A stretch of 63,525 nucleotides of DNA, counting the filler, from Octopus bimaculoides (taxonomy: Eukaryota), in NCBI RefSeq assembly GCF_001194135.2. It is 6 parts of 6 records of this genome, joined end to end, with 100 filler letters (N's around TTAATTAATTAA, not from the genome) between each part and the next. Parts side by side here need not be neighbours in the genome. Positions count along the whole stretch, not along the records: positions 22,951 to 44,044 come from NC_068981.1; positions 44,145 to 47,192 come from NW_026333619.1; positions 47,293 to 54,685 come from NC_068985.1; 3 more parts are not named here. One strand, 5' to 3'. The notes beneath the pieces are model-generated. The model worked only from the letters and a program-made list of their open reading frames with translations. It made no database searches and was not told the DNA's origin. Position numbers and translations under genes: made by a program. Every line of letters begins with the position of its first letter. The first letter of the stretch is position 1. Positions 36,440 through 50,179 of this stretch are shown piece after piece.

Positions 36440-38665
36440 ACTTTTGTGTCCTTTGCCTGAACTCTTTCGTCAAACATAACATCTTGTAACCGCTTCAGCG
36501 ACACTATCTCACGTATCTCATCCTGTTCTGTTTAGTCCAGTCTGTCTTTCTATAGTGTGAATCCTCATCTGCGCATGCGTTTGCGTCTGTATCTCTGTGC
36601 GTGCGTGTTGTGTACATGTGTGTGCACGCGCGTCTATGTGTTTTGTATTGTTTTGTGTGTGTGTATATGAGTTTGCTTATTATACTTTTAATACTCGTAT
36701 CCTTTATTTAGTTTTTTCTTTTCCTTTATTTCCTTATTATTTCCTTTTTCTCTCATTCCGTCTTAGGTATATGCATGTGTGTCTTTCGTATTTGTATATG
36801 GGTTTATGTATTATACCGTTTGTATCTATGTCTTTTTTGTCAAATTCTATCTTTAATTGTCATGTTGCATAGTGTGGTGGTGCAGTTTTATTGTTCCATT
36901 CGTGTTTTCTTTTGAGGCCCGATCTGTCTACTACTATGTGTGTGACCTCTGTAATCTGTCAAAGTGTCGTGTCTTTTCTATGTGTGGATAACACCTTAAT
37001 TTCTATGTTACTAACCGAGTCTGCATGTTCTAATTGAGAAAGTTGGTAGAACACTGACAAGCTTTTCTCCCCTTTGAACTCTCGATAGTATTCACCGATG
37101 CACTCCCCCGTAGCTTTTTTATACACTGTTTTATCACATTTTCGCAGTGTTTGTGCTTAATGTCCTTGTGTACCACATGTATGATAGTGAAATCCACTTT
37201 TTGGAGCTAACAGTTGATGTCCCTGATCGATCAATAGTGTTTGCCTTAGAATATCTTCCAGACATGATAGACAAACTCGGTCGTCATAACAAGGTTTGAT
37301 TACTGAGGATCTTTTGCTCTTTTGACTGCAGATGATACGTTTTCATAATACCTAACCGAAAAACACAGCTACATTAATAATGCTGACCATCTTCGTGCTA
37401 TTATAGTTGGCAGCTGCTGGTTAGATTGGAATCTGCCATATCTTATATAGAAATGAGGAGGTTAAATTTGAGCTTGTGCCACGTTAGAATACATTTGACT
37501 GTTTTCCAATTTTAAACCCCAGTTTTTTTTCACAAATTCCCTATGCACCCTGTAGTTAGTAAATTGGTTACTATATCTCTTAAAGCTAAAGTGTGACGAA
37601 AGAATTGAAAAAGAGTGATAAAAATAATAGCTAAGATGTAATGCATTGTATTTGTCTGCAGGAGGTTTTGATTCGCTGATAAGTTGGGTTCTATTCTGTC
37701 ATAATAACCTTATCATCATGATTGATTAGATAATTGCTAATATCAGAAAATCGAGATGAAACCTTGAATACTTGGCATTAGCTTTATATATTTGTGATTC
37801 ACAATAATGACTATCTTTACAGAATATTAAATGGTTGTCTTGGTTTAGGTTACATTCGAATATCTAAATCGTAGTTATTTCTAGTTGTCACATTACCATT
37901 AAAACGATATTTACTGCGATAAAATGTCTTAACAATAAACACGCCGAATAACAGTTTGTTTCACTAAAGTAAAGCTGCTGTAAATAAATTTCGCATTGTA
38001 ATGTCTTGGCTTTTCTCAAAATGTAGCAATCTACATATAAAATAGTGTCAACAAGAAACGAAACCTACATTGTTGGTTCATACTTTGGAGAATTTACGAC
38101 TTTTCTAAAGATCTTGCCGTTGGATAGAATCTAAGTGTTGCATGTTTACGTTGAAAAAGGGCTATTGTTTTTACGAGAGTTTTGAAGTTCAAAATATTAC
38201 TGGTATATATTTAGTTACCATACAATTGGAAAGCAGCACCAACTGATGAGGAATTTAGATATCAATAAATATTTAGTTTCAGTTGTGAGTACCTTATGTT
38301 AAACTAAGAAATTGTTCATAAACTCATTCCGTAAATATCTTTGCCAAAAGTATTGTTCATTAATTTCTAGCACACCGGTACTTTTCTTATTCTATGGATT
38401 TCCAATCTGGACATCAAGTTGTACATATTCAGTACTAAAATAAATCACTCTCTATTACTATCACTTTCTTTTGACTTCATAAAAGCAGCCTTTATTTAAA
38501 TCATCAATCACAGCATAATATTAAAAAATTCCACTTTGGGAACTGAATGCTCGAAAGTATTAATTTGTTACTTTTTATTATTTACTAGCGTGGTCCGTGG
38601 AAACTCCACGGAGCGAAAACTTTAAGAGGTGCTATTTAAGAAAGAAAGGACAATTTGCATTCTTA

Positions 38666-39407
38666 TCTAGTATATATAAATTACAGTATTTGTGCGTATA
38701 ATGATTAACGTATACATTTCCACAATTCTCAACCGATTTTCAACAAACGTCCCACACACATCACTTATGTCCCAGGGAGGTCATGCACTATAACTTAATT
38801 TCCATATTTAAACTGCATTAAACTTTGACAAGCTTACATTTACCTATTCTGAGTTACTTGAAAGGTGATGTTCTCTTCCCTCTCTTCTATTTTTTTTGAT
38901 ACCTTTAGTTACATACGAATGCATTGTTTCACTTTAAGGATGCTTATTTACCCGTCCATTATGATATTTCGACTGTTGTCCATTGTTTCAAATACGTTTT
39001 TGTATTGTCGTCTTTAAATAAGAGTTTTGCTTCCACTAGCAAAAGCTATACGTATCTTTCAGAAAGCTCTAAACCAGTTTAACTTTATGCATTATACGCT
39101 GTTAGTTTATGCGCAGGCTATGTGGGAAGACTTTTGTTAGCTTTTCCCTTCGAAAAAAGATCTCCCTTTGCTGTTGAATAAAATAAACAAACTCAAAAGG
39201 GGAAATTGCAACGTCTTCCTTCAATTTCCTTATACCATTTATGTGAATGTTTGTGTCAAGAAATTTCGCTTTCATGTAAAACAACTATATGTTGTTGTCA
39301 TTACCCGTAATCTACTCCCAGAACACTTCAGTAGCTTTATTTTGCATCGCTTGCAAACTTACCACCAAAGCAACTTAAACCGTTCAAAGGACGGGTGCGT
39401 TTGCTAG
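38666..39407 (+). mobile_element. Non-autonomous Helitron
   Basis: A|TCTAGTATATATAAA 5' end; hairpin CCGTTC-AAA-GGACGG (39380-39394), then CTAG|T 3' end; AT target. Confidence 0.55.
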
Positions 39408-39798
39408 TTGCATATAAATCTTAATACGCATATCATTCGTTAGCATTTGATTCTTTTGAAACTGCAAGATCAATATACAATTGCATATTCCTTATTGCGC
39501 AATAATTTATCATAATTATTTACATTATATAAAAAAGTACTCAAAACTAAATAAAGAATATAGAAAATGCTGTTATTTACACGATTTATTTTTGAATTCT
39601 TTTGCAAATTAAAATAAAAATAACATCCAGAGCTGTTTTCTTAAGCTATTTCATTTCCAGTTGCAAGAATGTATCATATGATTTTAAGATTTTCCTCTGC
39701 CAAGCTCTCACTCTCTCTCTCTCTCTCTNNNNNNNNNNGTTCATCTATCTATGTGTCTGTCTGTCTGTCTCTATCTATCTATCTATCTATCTCTCTCT

Positions 39799-39837
<39 letters not shown>

Positions 39838-40294
39838 TCTTTCCCTCCACCTATGATTTCAACAAACTTTTTAACCGGTAATATCCCTCTTCACGTTAAC
39901 ACCGCTCTCTCTTTCTATTTCTCTTCACCTCTCACTTCCACTAACCACGTGACAGCATGGCTAGTAGAACTGGCTATTTGCTAGCTCACTCACCCTCTCC
40001 CTCTCATTCGCTCTCAGACACCCTTCATCTCCCTCTCTCCCCTTCTTCCCTCTCTGTCACTCTTACTCCAGCTCTCACGTCACCATCCCCTCTCTCCAAC
40101 ACACTAAAACGTAACGTATGAACGAACGAACGGACAAAATTATGTCAGATAATCAGAGAGCTTTCCAAGCACAAGGTATGAAGTTGATTTAGTCCGTTTA
40201 TTAAGAGAGTAAGCTAGATCAGAATATGCGTGCGAGTTTTGTAAATTCAAATTACAACACTTCATTATGAATTATCAACACATTTACTCTAAGG

Positions 40295-40693
40295 TTCAGA
40301 CGTGTGGTAAGTAGCTTCCTTACCAGCCACATGGTTCCGGGTTCAGTCCCACTGCGTAGTACCTTGGGCAAGTGTCTTCTACTATAGCCTCGGGACGACC
40401 AAAGCCTTGTGAGTGGATTTGGTAGATGGAAGCTGAAAGAAGCCCGTCGTATATATATATGTATATGTATATAAATGTGTGTTTGTGTGTCTGTGTTTTT
40501 TTCCCCTAACATCGTTTGACAACCGATACTGGTGCGTTTACGTCCCCGTAACTTAGCGGTTCGGCAAAAGAGACCGATAGAATAAGTACTAGGCTTACAA
40601 AGAATAAGTCCTGGAGTCGATTTGCTCGACTAAAGGCGGTGCTCCAGCATGGCCACAGGCAAATGACTGAAACATGTAAAAGAGTAAAAGAGT
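40295..40693 (+). mobile_element. SINE family A
   Basis: Near-consensus body and AAAAGAGTAAAAGAG tail. Confidence 0.87.
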
Positions 40694-41816
40694 ATATTTA
40701 TGGCACATATAATAAACTATGTTAATAACAACCGTATCATAGAATGTGAGATGCATTTCACTTCCATGAAACTACGGACGCAAATCGTATTCATCTGATC
40801 AAATAATTTTTCAAATAATCTGTCGAAGGTCACTTAGTGTGCGGAAAGTAACAGGAAAGTTAATCAAAAATGTTCATAGAATATGTATACATAGATATTC
40901 TGCCAACTTTAATAAATGAAGTATACATTGAATAACGTCCTATAAAAAAACAAAACAAAGAAACGAAATGATTACGGCTGGAATGGCCTTGACAAAAATT
41001 TGCTCAGACAACGATATATAACATATCTACATGTAACTAGTCTAGATGATTGTATACATTTGTAAATGAATATGAGCAACTAATTATATTCACTTTAGTG
41101 TAGAGTGTGTTGAGTACTGCTTGTATGCCGTAATAGGCACGTAGAAACAGTTCATGCTTGTTGGAAAAAAATCTGGCGGGAAGAGTTAGATTAACTGTAT
41201 TAAGTTAAGCTTTGCGCCAAAACAATGGGTAGCTGTATTACCTGACAATATGAGTTCATTTGATGTTTACTAGATATTTATATATTTGGATGGATGGACG
41301 TTTAAATAGACTTAGCAACTCGGTGGTGATGGTACTATTAGATATTGGCTGATACGATTCTCATGTTTATATTCGAAATCCTTGTTGATGGGAAAAGCAA
41401 AACTACTCGTCACAGTGTATATTCAATCGTACATTTCCTAGTTGTCTCCTACCTACTTCAAGACTTTGTTACACCCCAACTATTATTACAGGTATTGTAA
41501 ATGTAGTTATGAATACCAAATAATTTCATGTGTTATATTTCTCGGCTTTAAGTAATGTTCTAAATGTATTTTCGTCATATTACCTCTTCTTCATATTCTC
41601 ACCACTTTTATGTTCTCTTCCTGTCCCATGTAATTTTCGAAAATAACTTCGACTTCCTCTTTATATATCCTTTTTTTCAAATGATGATGCTATCTGTATC
41701 TTTCCTTTATTTTTTTTTTTACTTTTTGCTTATTCTTACATCTATCTATTTTTGTCTCTGCTGCTACTGTTGTTGTTGTCCTTTTTCTGCTGCTGCTTCT
41801 GCTTCTGCTGCTGCTG

Positions 41817-41882
<66 letters not shown>

Positions 41883-42213
41883 TATCTCTTTCCCTCTTCC
41901 ACTCTTTCCCTCGTTCCCTCTATGACAAGAGGTAGAACCGTAGCGATTGAATACATAGAGGGAGAAATCCTTATATCTAAAGAGTAATTGCAAGTCAAGG
42001 AACCGAGGTTAATACAATACGATGCTCAAACAAGAGCTGATGAAGCGGGGCTCGAATATGTATGTCCCTTAATCTTATTTTGTATTGATTTATCATATAG
42101 AGAAAGCCATATATTGTGTGAAGAAGTGTTTAGTTGATTATATCAGGGCGCAGTTGCTAGTTTCTTATATTTACGGCAAGAAGACGGCGGATCTTGAAAA
42201 TGAGATATGTTTT

Positions 42214-43067
42214 GGATCTTTCTGATTTGACGGGCAACACTTTTCATTTATGTTTTATGTAGTGTTTTTGGTACCGAAACACTTTCAAACTTCGTATACT
42301 TGTATATTTTGTGTTATGGAACAGCTAACGTTTTTTGTATTCGAAGTTATTTCATGTGAAAAATTGTCGTATTTCGGTAATTTGAACCAATCACTGACGT
42401 CTATTGAGGTTTAAACAATTACTGCCGTGGAATGTAAACAACATGTTCTAGCGGTGTTATGGGATCTTTTCCCTTGAATAAAATTAGTGCCGTAGTTTGT
42501 CAACAACAACTATTCGTGGTACTGTTATTTATGACATCGCTCGTGTGTTTGTACTGGTTTTAGCTTTAGGGTTTTAGGGTTAGAGTTCGGATTTTAGAGT
42601 TACGGTTAGTTTTAGGGTTACGGTTAGTTTTAGGGTTACGGTTAGTTTTAGGGTTACGGTTAGGGTTATGATTATTTTTGCCATAACCTCACTCATAACC
42701 CTAACCCTAACCCTAAAACCCTATAACTCATAACCATAAACCTAACCCTAATCCGAACCCTAACCCTAAAACCCTAAACCCTTACTAGGGAATAATGATA
42801 TAATTAAACAGGGAATGACACTCTTGACACCGGCAAAAATTATTGTTTACAAAAACAGCAGTAACTGTATTCAGCTGAATAGACGTCAGTGACTGGTTGA
42901 AATTACAGAAATACGACAACTTTAACATGAACTAACTTGCGATGTACAAATTTTTGTTAAGAAGGCTAAGAGGAAAAGTTATTTTATATGACACATTCTA
43001 CCAGTATCCCAAGTTTGAAAGTGTTTCGTTTAGAAAACAAGTGGTGCCCGTCAAATCAGAAAGATCC
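42214..43067. mobile_element. MITE with about 225-bp imperfect TIRs and a telomere-like core (Merlin-like ends)
   Basis: Termini GGATCTTTCTGATTTGACGGGCA (23 bp perfect); arms about 42214-42441 and 42843-43067; 8-bp flanks TATGTTTT and TACGATTT (6/8). Confidence 0.75.
42565..42778. repeat. Inverted TTAGGG-like / CCCTAA-like repeat block
   Basis: G-rich half followed by C-rich half; outer arms match 28/29; 18-mer TACGGTTAGTTTTAGGGT x3 at 42601-42654. Confidence 0.85.
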
Positions 43068-43288
43068 TACGATTTTCCTTTTTCCACAACTAGTATTTAT
43101 ATTACTAATTTTTTTTTCTTTGATTTGTGAAATTGATTCCTTTCTCATTTTGATTTTGAATTTTCTTTTGCATTCTTTTTAAAAATACAGACAAGGGCTT
43201 GTTAGCATATGGACGAGCAAAAATATAACAATAAAATAAAGGAGGAAATCCAGGTAAAANNNNNNNNNNNNNNNNNNNNNNNNNNNNN

Positions 43289-43371
<83 letters not shown>

Positions 43372-43756
43372 AAGAAGACGAAGAAGAAGAAGAAAGAGAA
43401 GAAGAAGAAGAAAAAGAAGAAGAAGAAGTTGAAGAAGAAGAAGGAAAGTGACCGTGGAAAGAAAGAAATAACAGAGGAAGGCTTGACAAAACATGTTAAG
43501 TCAGCTTGAAAAAGAGTAGTAAGAGATTATATAAAACTATAGATAAATAATAAACCAAATAGGAAAGAAATTGAGAGCGAATAGTCAGTCATAAAGAAGT
43601 AAATATGAAGACATCGCATACACATATACACACACACACATATTACAAAGAAACATATATATATATAGATATACACTCACACACACAAACTCTCACATAC
43701 ACACACATTCACACACACACATTCACACGCACACGCAAGCAGTCACACATACACAC

Positions 43757-43987
43757 AGGCGGTGAGCTGGCAGAAACGTTAGCACGCCGGCGAAATGCTT
43801 TGCAGTATTTCGTCTGCCGCTACGTTCTGAGTTCAAATTCCGCCGAGGTCGACTTTGCCTTTCATCTTTTCGGGGTCGATTAAATAAGTACCAGTTACGC
43901 ACTGGGGTCGATGTAATCGACTTAATCCGTTTGTCTGTCCTTGTTTATCCCCTCTGTGTGTAGCCCCTTGTGGGTAGTAAAGAAATA
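43757..43987 (+). mobile_element. tRNA-derived SINE, family C
   Basis: AGGCGGTGAGCTGGCAGAAACGTTAG head, GAGTTCAAATTCC B box. Fragments on the minus strand near 19438-19512, 31785-31960, 35445-35605 and 50915-51018. Confidence 0.75.
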
Positions 43988-44264
43988 ACACACACATAAA
44001 CACACACAACACACACACACACGTACAGAGAGAGAGGGAGAGAGNNNNNNNNNNNNNNNNNNNNNNNNNNNNNNNNNNNNNNNNNNNNTTAATTAATTAA
44101 NNNNNNNNNNNNNNNNNNNNNNNNNNNNNNNNNNNNNNNNNNNNACACACACACACACACACACATACATATATATATAAACACACGTCTATGTGTTTGG
44201 TGCAGTTACTGCGCAGATTATAATTGAAATCTTTATATTCACTGTATAGCATAATATAATAATA

Positions 44265-44326
<62 letters not shown>

Positions 44327-44543
44327 ATGAGCGACAGGATGAAGAGGAAAAATCCGACGAAAATGTACTCTAAGCGCCTCTAATTAAATAAGAATAGCAT
44401 TGGAAGAAGGAGAGAGAGAGAGAGAGGAAGTGGACGACGAAATTGGAAGAAGAAAAAAATGAAGGGAGAAAAACAATGAATACGTTCGTGATCATCTTGA
44501 CGTCGACGACGACGATGTTGGTGATGATGACGATGATGACGAC

Positions 44544-44580
<37 letters not shown>

Positions 44581-44906
44581 TCGAGGACTGGTCACTGCAA
44601 CGGCCATCACTACGACCACCCCAAACTGTGCGGAGAAGTGGAAAGAGAAAGTGGAATGAATGAGTGAATAATAATGGGGGCGAACAAGAAGACAAACATC
44701 TCGATGGAGTCACAATCAATATGGCGGTCATTGTCATCTGTCACTTCTGATGTATGTATGTATGTATGTATGTATGTTATCAATCAGTTTCATTTCTGTT
44801 TGTATGTATGTATGTATGTATGTATGTATGTATATATGCATATGTATGTATATGTATATATGCATATGTATGTAAGTACGTATGTATGTATTTATATATG
44901 TCTGTG

Positions 44907-44995
<89 letters not shown>

Positions 44996-45104
44996 ATATC
45001 TGTCTGTCTGTCTGTCTGTCTGTCTAGCTATCTATCTACACACATTACGTATGTTTCATATGTTATACATATACATATAATATATATATGTACCATACAT
45101 ACTT

Positions 45105-45152
<48 letters not shown>

Positions 45153-46176
45153 NNNNNNNNNNNNNNNNNNNNNNNNNNNNNNNNNNNNNNNNNNNNNNNN
45201 NNNNNNNNNNNNNNNNNNNNNNNNNNNNNNNNNNNNNNNNNNNNNNNNNNNNNNNNNNNNNNNNNNNNNNNNNNNNNNNNNNNNNNNNNNNNNNNNNNNN
45301 NNNNNNNNNNNNNNNNNNNNNNNNNNNNNNNNNNNNNNNNNNNNNNNNNNNNNNNNNNNNNNNNNNNNNNNNNNNNNNNNNNNNNNNNNNNNNNNNNNNN
45401 NNNNNNNNNNNNNNNNNNNNNNNNNNNNNNNNNNNNNNNNNNNNNNNNNNNNNNNNNNNNNNNNNNNNNNNNNNNNNNNNNNNNNNNNNNNNNNNNNNNN
45501 NNNNNNNNNNNNNNNNNNNNNNNNNNNNNNNNNNNNNNNNNNNNNNNNNNNNNNNNNNNNNNNNNNNNNNNNNNNNNNNNNNNNNNNNNNNNNNNNNNNN
45601 NNNNNNNNNNNNNNNNNNNNNNNNNNNNNNNNNNNNNNNNNNNNNNNNNNNNNNNNNNNNNNNNNNNNNNNNNNNNNNNNNNNNNNNNNNNNNNNNNNNN
45701 NNNNNNNNNNNNNNNNNNNNNNNNNNNNNNNNNNNNNNNNNNNNNNNNNNNNNNNNNNNNNNNNNNNNNNNNNNNNNNNNNNNNNNNNNNNNNNNNNNNN
45801 NNNNNNNNNNNNNNNNNACTTAATACCATTATCACCACCACTTATAATACTACAACCGCCACTACCACCTGCAGCACCACCACCGACCCAGACATGACTT
45901 CTGCCACCGCCATCAACAGTATCACTATTACCGAAGTTACTATAAATACCAGTGTTACCACCACCCGCACCAACATGACCATCACCACCAACCCCAAGAC
46001 CACCATTCCCACCGCTTCCACTGTTGCTACTATTACAACCAACAGTCACCACCGCTACGACAACACTGACTCTATCTACGCATTACGGACGAATCGGTGG
46101 AAGATATACGTGACCATCCATCCATCCAGCCATCCATCCATCTATCTATCTATCTATCTATCTGTCTGTCTGTCTG

Positions 46177-46209
<33 letters not shown>

Positions 46210-46226
46210 GTGTCTTTCTCTCTCTG

Positions 46227-46259
<33 letters not shown>

Positions 46260-46904
46260 GTCTANNNNNNNNNNNNNNNNNNNNNNNNNNNNNNNNNNNN
46301 NNNNNNNNNNNNNNNNNNNNNNNNNNNNNNNNNNNNNNNNNNNNNNNNNNNNNNNNNNNNNNNNNNNNNNNNNNNNNNNNNNNNNNNNNNNNNNNNNNNN
46401 NNNNNNNNNNNNNNNNNNNNNNNNNNNNNNNNNNNNNNNNNNNNNNNNNNNNNNNNNNNNNNNNNNNNNNNNNNNNNNNNNNNNNNNNNNNNNNNNNNNN
46501 NNNNNNNNNNNNNNNNNNNNNNNNNNNNNNNNNNNNNNNNNNNNNNNNNNNNNNNNNNNNNNNNNNNNNNNNNNNNNNNNNNNNNNNNNNNNNNNNNNNN
46601 NNNNNNNNNNNNNNNNNNNNNNNNNNNNNNNNNNNNNNNNNNNNNNNNNNNNNNNNNNNNNNNNNNNNNNNNNNNNNNNNNNNNNNNNNNNNNNNNNNNN
46701 NNNNNNNNNNNNNNNNNNNNNNNNNNNNNNNNNNNNNNNNNNNNNNNNNNNNNNNNNNNNNNNNNNNNNNNNNNNNNNNNNNNNNNNNNNNNNNNNNNNN
46801 NNNNNNNNNNNNNNNNNNNNNNNNNNNNNNNNNNNNNNNNNNNNNNNNNNNNNNNNNNNNNNNNNNNNNNNNNNNNNNNNNNNNNNNNNNNNNNNNNNNN
46901 NNNN

Positions 46905-46950
<46 letters not shown>

Positions 46951-47127
46951 CGTTTACATATATGTATATATGTATGTATATATACACATATACATACATA
47001 TATATACATATGTATATATATGTAGATGCAAGCATATATGTGTGTGTTTATATATATATATATATATATATATGCGTGCATATATGTATGTATATATGTG
47101 TACATATGTATATATATATATATATAC

Positions 47128-47192
<65 letters not shown>

Positions 47193-47397
47193 NNNNNNNN
47201 NNNNNNNNNNNNNNNNNNNNNNNNNNNNNNNNNNNNTTAATTAATTAANNNNNNNNNNNNNNNNNNNNNNNNNNNNNNNNNNNNNNNNNNNNATGCTTGG
47301 GATTTCGTGGTTGTTCGATAAGAATGTATACGATGTGTGGTTATATACATGAATGAATACATATTTACACACCTAAATGCGCACGCACTCACACACA

Positions 47398-47441
<44 letters not shown>

Positions 47442-48029
47442 TTCTCTCACACATCTGCGGGCGTAATACACACATATACACACTAACACAAGCACGCTCA
47501 CATAAACACTCAAATACATATTAGAGCGATATCTGTCATACAATTCAAATATGATTCTTTCACGTGATTCTTAAGCACACACATACAAACATATATACTC
47601 GCGTGCACACACACACACACGCGCACACATGCACACATTCACACACACACGCACACACCTCATCACACATTCACACACACACGCACACACTTCATCACAC
47701 ATTACACAAGACCACATCAGACAAACACACAAACTCACGCACACACACGCACGCACACACGTGTACACATACGCATATGAGGACGCGCATTCCATTCGTA
47801 AGCATAAACACGTACATACAGAGATACGCGTGCGCCTCCATGTACAACACCAACATAATATACACACGTACACACATATCTGAAAGCTGTTAGATGAACA
47901 TTCCAACAAAAGACATACAGAAATCCTCCGACACCTCTATATGACATGTTCGTATACATTTGAGACGTATGACATGTAGAGTTCGGACCACTGACGGAGA
48001 GTCTAAAGGCAATCGCTAAAAGACTTATT

Positions 48030-48232
48030 TTTCTCTTTTATCTCGTTTCACTCATTAGCTAGAAGCCATGCTGGGGCAACGCCTTGAATAATTTTAGTTG
48101 AACGAATCGACCATAGTACTTTTATTTTTAAACTTAGTTCTTGTACTATCGGTCCATTTTGTCGAACTGCCAGATTACGGTGACGTAAACGGTGGTTGAC
48201 AAGCCGCGATAGGAGACAAAGACAGACACACA
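48030..48232 (-). mobile_element. 3' half of a family A SINE (5' half at about 49175-49335)
   Basis: CTCATTAGCTAGAAGCCATGCTGG...GAATCGACC...GGTTGACAAGC; the matching head segment GCTTCTTTCAGATTCCGTCTACC lies about 950 bp to the right. Confidence 0.6.
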
Positions 48233-48297
48233 GCTACATACATACATACACACATACATACATACATAGATACATACATACATACATACATACATAC

Positions 48298-48700
48298 CTG
48301 TAATTATTGGGGTCCTGAGATATGTAACACACTGCCTAAATACCAATCTTGAAAAATTAGGCTTCTCAAAACCAGAAAGGAGAAATCTAATTCGAAAACT
48401 ACTGATCCAATCAATCACAGGAACTGTAAAAATTTGTAAAACTTTCCAGAAGTTTATCATTTTAAATATATATGAGCATGTCTAGATATGCAACTATATG
48501 CATGAGAATACATACATAAAGCAAAAAATACAAATCTGTACACACATACATACATACATACATACATACATAATACGTACATAGAAAAATACTCTGTTGT
48601 TGATATTGAAATTCCACTGAAAGAGCCTTGGATCTAGGTTAGAAACCGGCTCTTTCTCTATTGGCAACAAATTTTGAAATAAAACTGAACAATAACATAC
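48298..48700 (+). mobile_element. R4/Dong-like LINE 3' end with 3' UTR
   Basis: PVIIGVLRYVTHCLNTNLEKLGFSKPERRNLIRKLLIQSITGTVKICKTFQKFII* resembles a REL-element C-terminus (P.IIG.LG); flanked by (CATA)n. Confidence 0.6.
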
Positions 48701-50179
48701 ATATATGTCTGTGCGTGTGTGTGTGTGCATACTTGTGTGTGTGTGTGTGTGTGCGTGTGTGTGCGCGTGCGTACGTTCGTGTGTGTTGAGTATGTTCAGT
48801 CGATAATGCTTACAACACTAGCGCTGCTTTTAATTCGTAATTGAATTTAACATTACGTAATTATCACCGAGGCACACCACCAAATGGGTCTTACACTACT
48901 TGTATGGCGATTCAGTGCATACCCGATTCGATTTTCGATTCAGGTACGTGCTGTTGATAAGCCACAAAAATGACGAAATATCGGTATCCGTCTCTCCTGA
49001 ATGGGATCTAACGCGAGTTATCTCGTCTCTCTATGACTTTCAGGTGTTCTAAAACACAGTGCTAGATAAAGGAGTCGTTCCCAAAGCGCTATAACGCAGC
49101 GAAGCGGCCAACAAGCAAAACATATTCGTTGAGAAAGTGCAGTCCATAATATATATCTGTGTGTGTGTGTGTGTAAATACGACAAGGCTTCTTTCAGATT
49201 CCGTCTACCGAAACCGCTCGCCAAGTTTCGATTGGTTTCAGGTTAAAGTAGAAGACATTTGTCCAACGTACCACACAGCTTGAGTGAACCCAGATACATA
49301 TAGTTGGAAAACAAACTCCTTATCACAAACCACACCGGCGCCCTGCTGAAAATAGCTGTCAAATATTTCTCAAATCATAATTTAAAGACTTATAAATGGA
49401 ATGTCACACAGCTGAGTGATGCTAAAAGACATGGCAAGTCTACCAGCAGTGACATTCAATGGGAAAACGAAATGGATGAATTGTTTTTATATGAACATCT
49501 CCCACCATGGCACTATAAGCAAGTATCTTCTACTTTTGCCCTAGGTTGACCAATGTGATGCAAGTGAATTTTGTTGACGGAAACTGTGTGGTAGCCCGTC
49601 TTATATATATTTTTACATGTGTGTGTGAGTGTTTGTATTTGTGTTTGTCCCCCCCCCCCNNNNNNNNNNNNNNNNNNNNNNNNNNNNNNNNNNNNNNNNN
49701 NNNNNNNNNNNNNNNNNNNNNNNNNNNNNNNNNNNNNNNNNNNNNNNNNNNNNNNNNNNNNNNNNNNNNNNNNNNNNNNNNNNNNNNNNNNNNNNNNNNN
49801 NNNNNNNNNNNNNNNNNNNNNNNNNNNNNNNNNNNNNNNNNNNNNNNNNNNNNNNNNNNNNNNNNNNNNNNNNNNNNNNNNNNNNNNNNNNNNNNNNNNN
49901 NNNNNNNNNNNNNNNNNNNNNNNNNNNNNNNNNNNNNNNNNNNNNNNNNNNNNNNNNNNNNNNNNNNNNNNNNNNNNNNNNNNNNNNNNNNNNNNNNNNN
50001 NNNNNNNNNNNNNNNNNNNNNNNNNNNNNNNNNNNNNNNNNNNNNNNNNNNNNNNNATATATAGAGAGAGAGAGAGAGATGGACTTCTAAATATTGGCCC
50101 TTTTCTCCTAGAATTGTATTCCCTTCTACCTTGTACCCTCCATTCGAAAAATTCCTGGGACCGCGCCTGATATTTGTAG

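Noticed and set aside
45820-46090. Thr-rich mucin-like ORF (MTSATAINSITITEV...)
   Set aside because: Degenerate ACC/ACT simple-repeat DNA between gaps; no splice or homology support.
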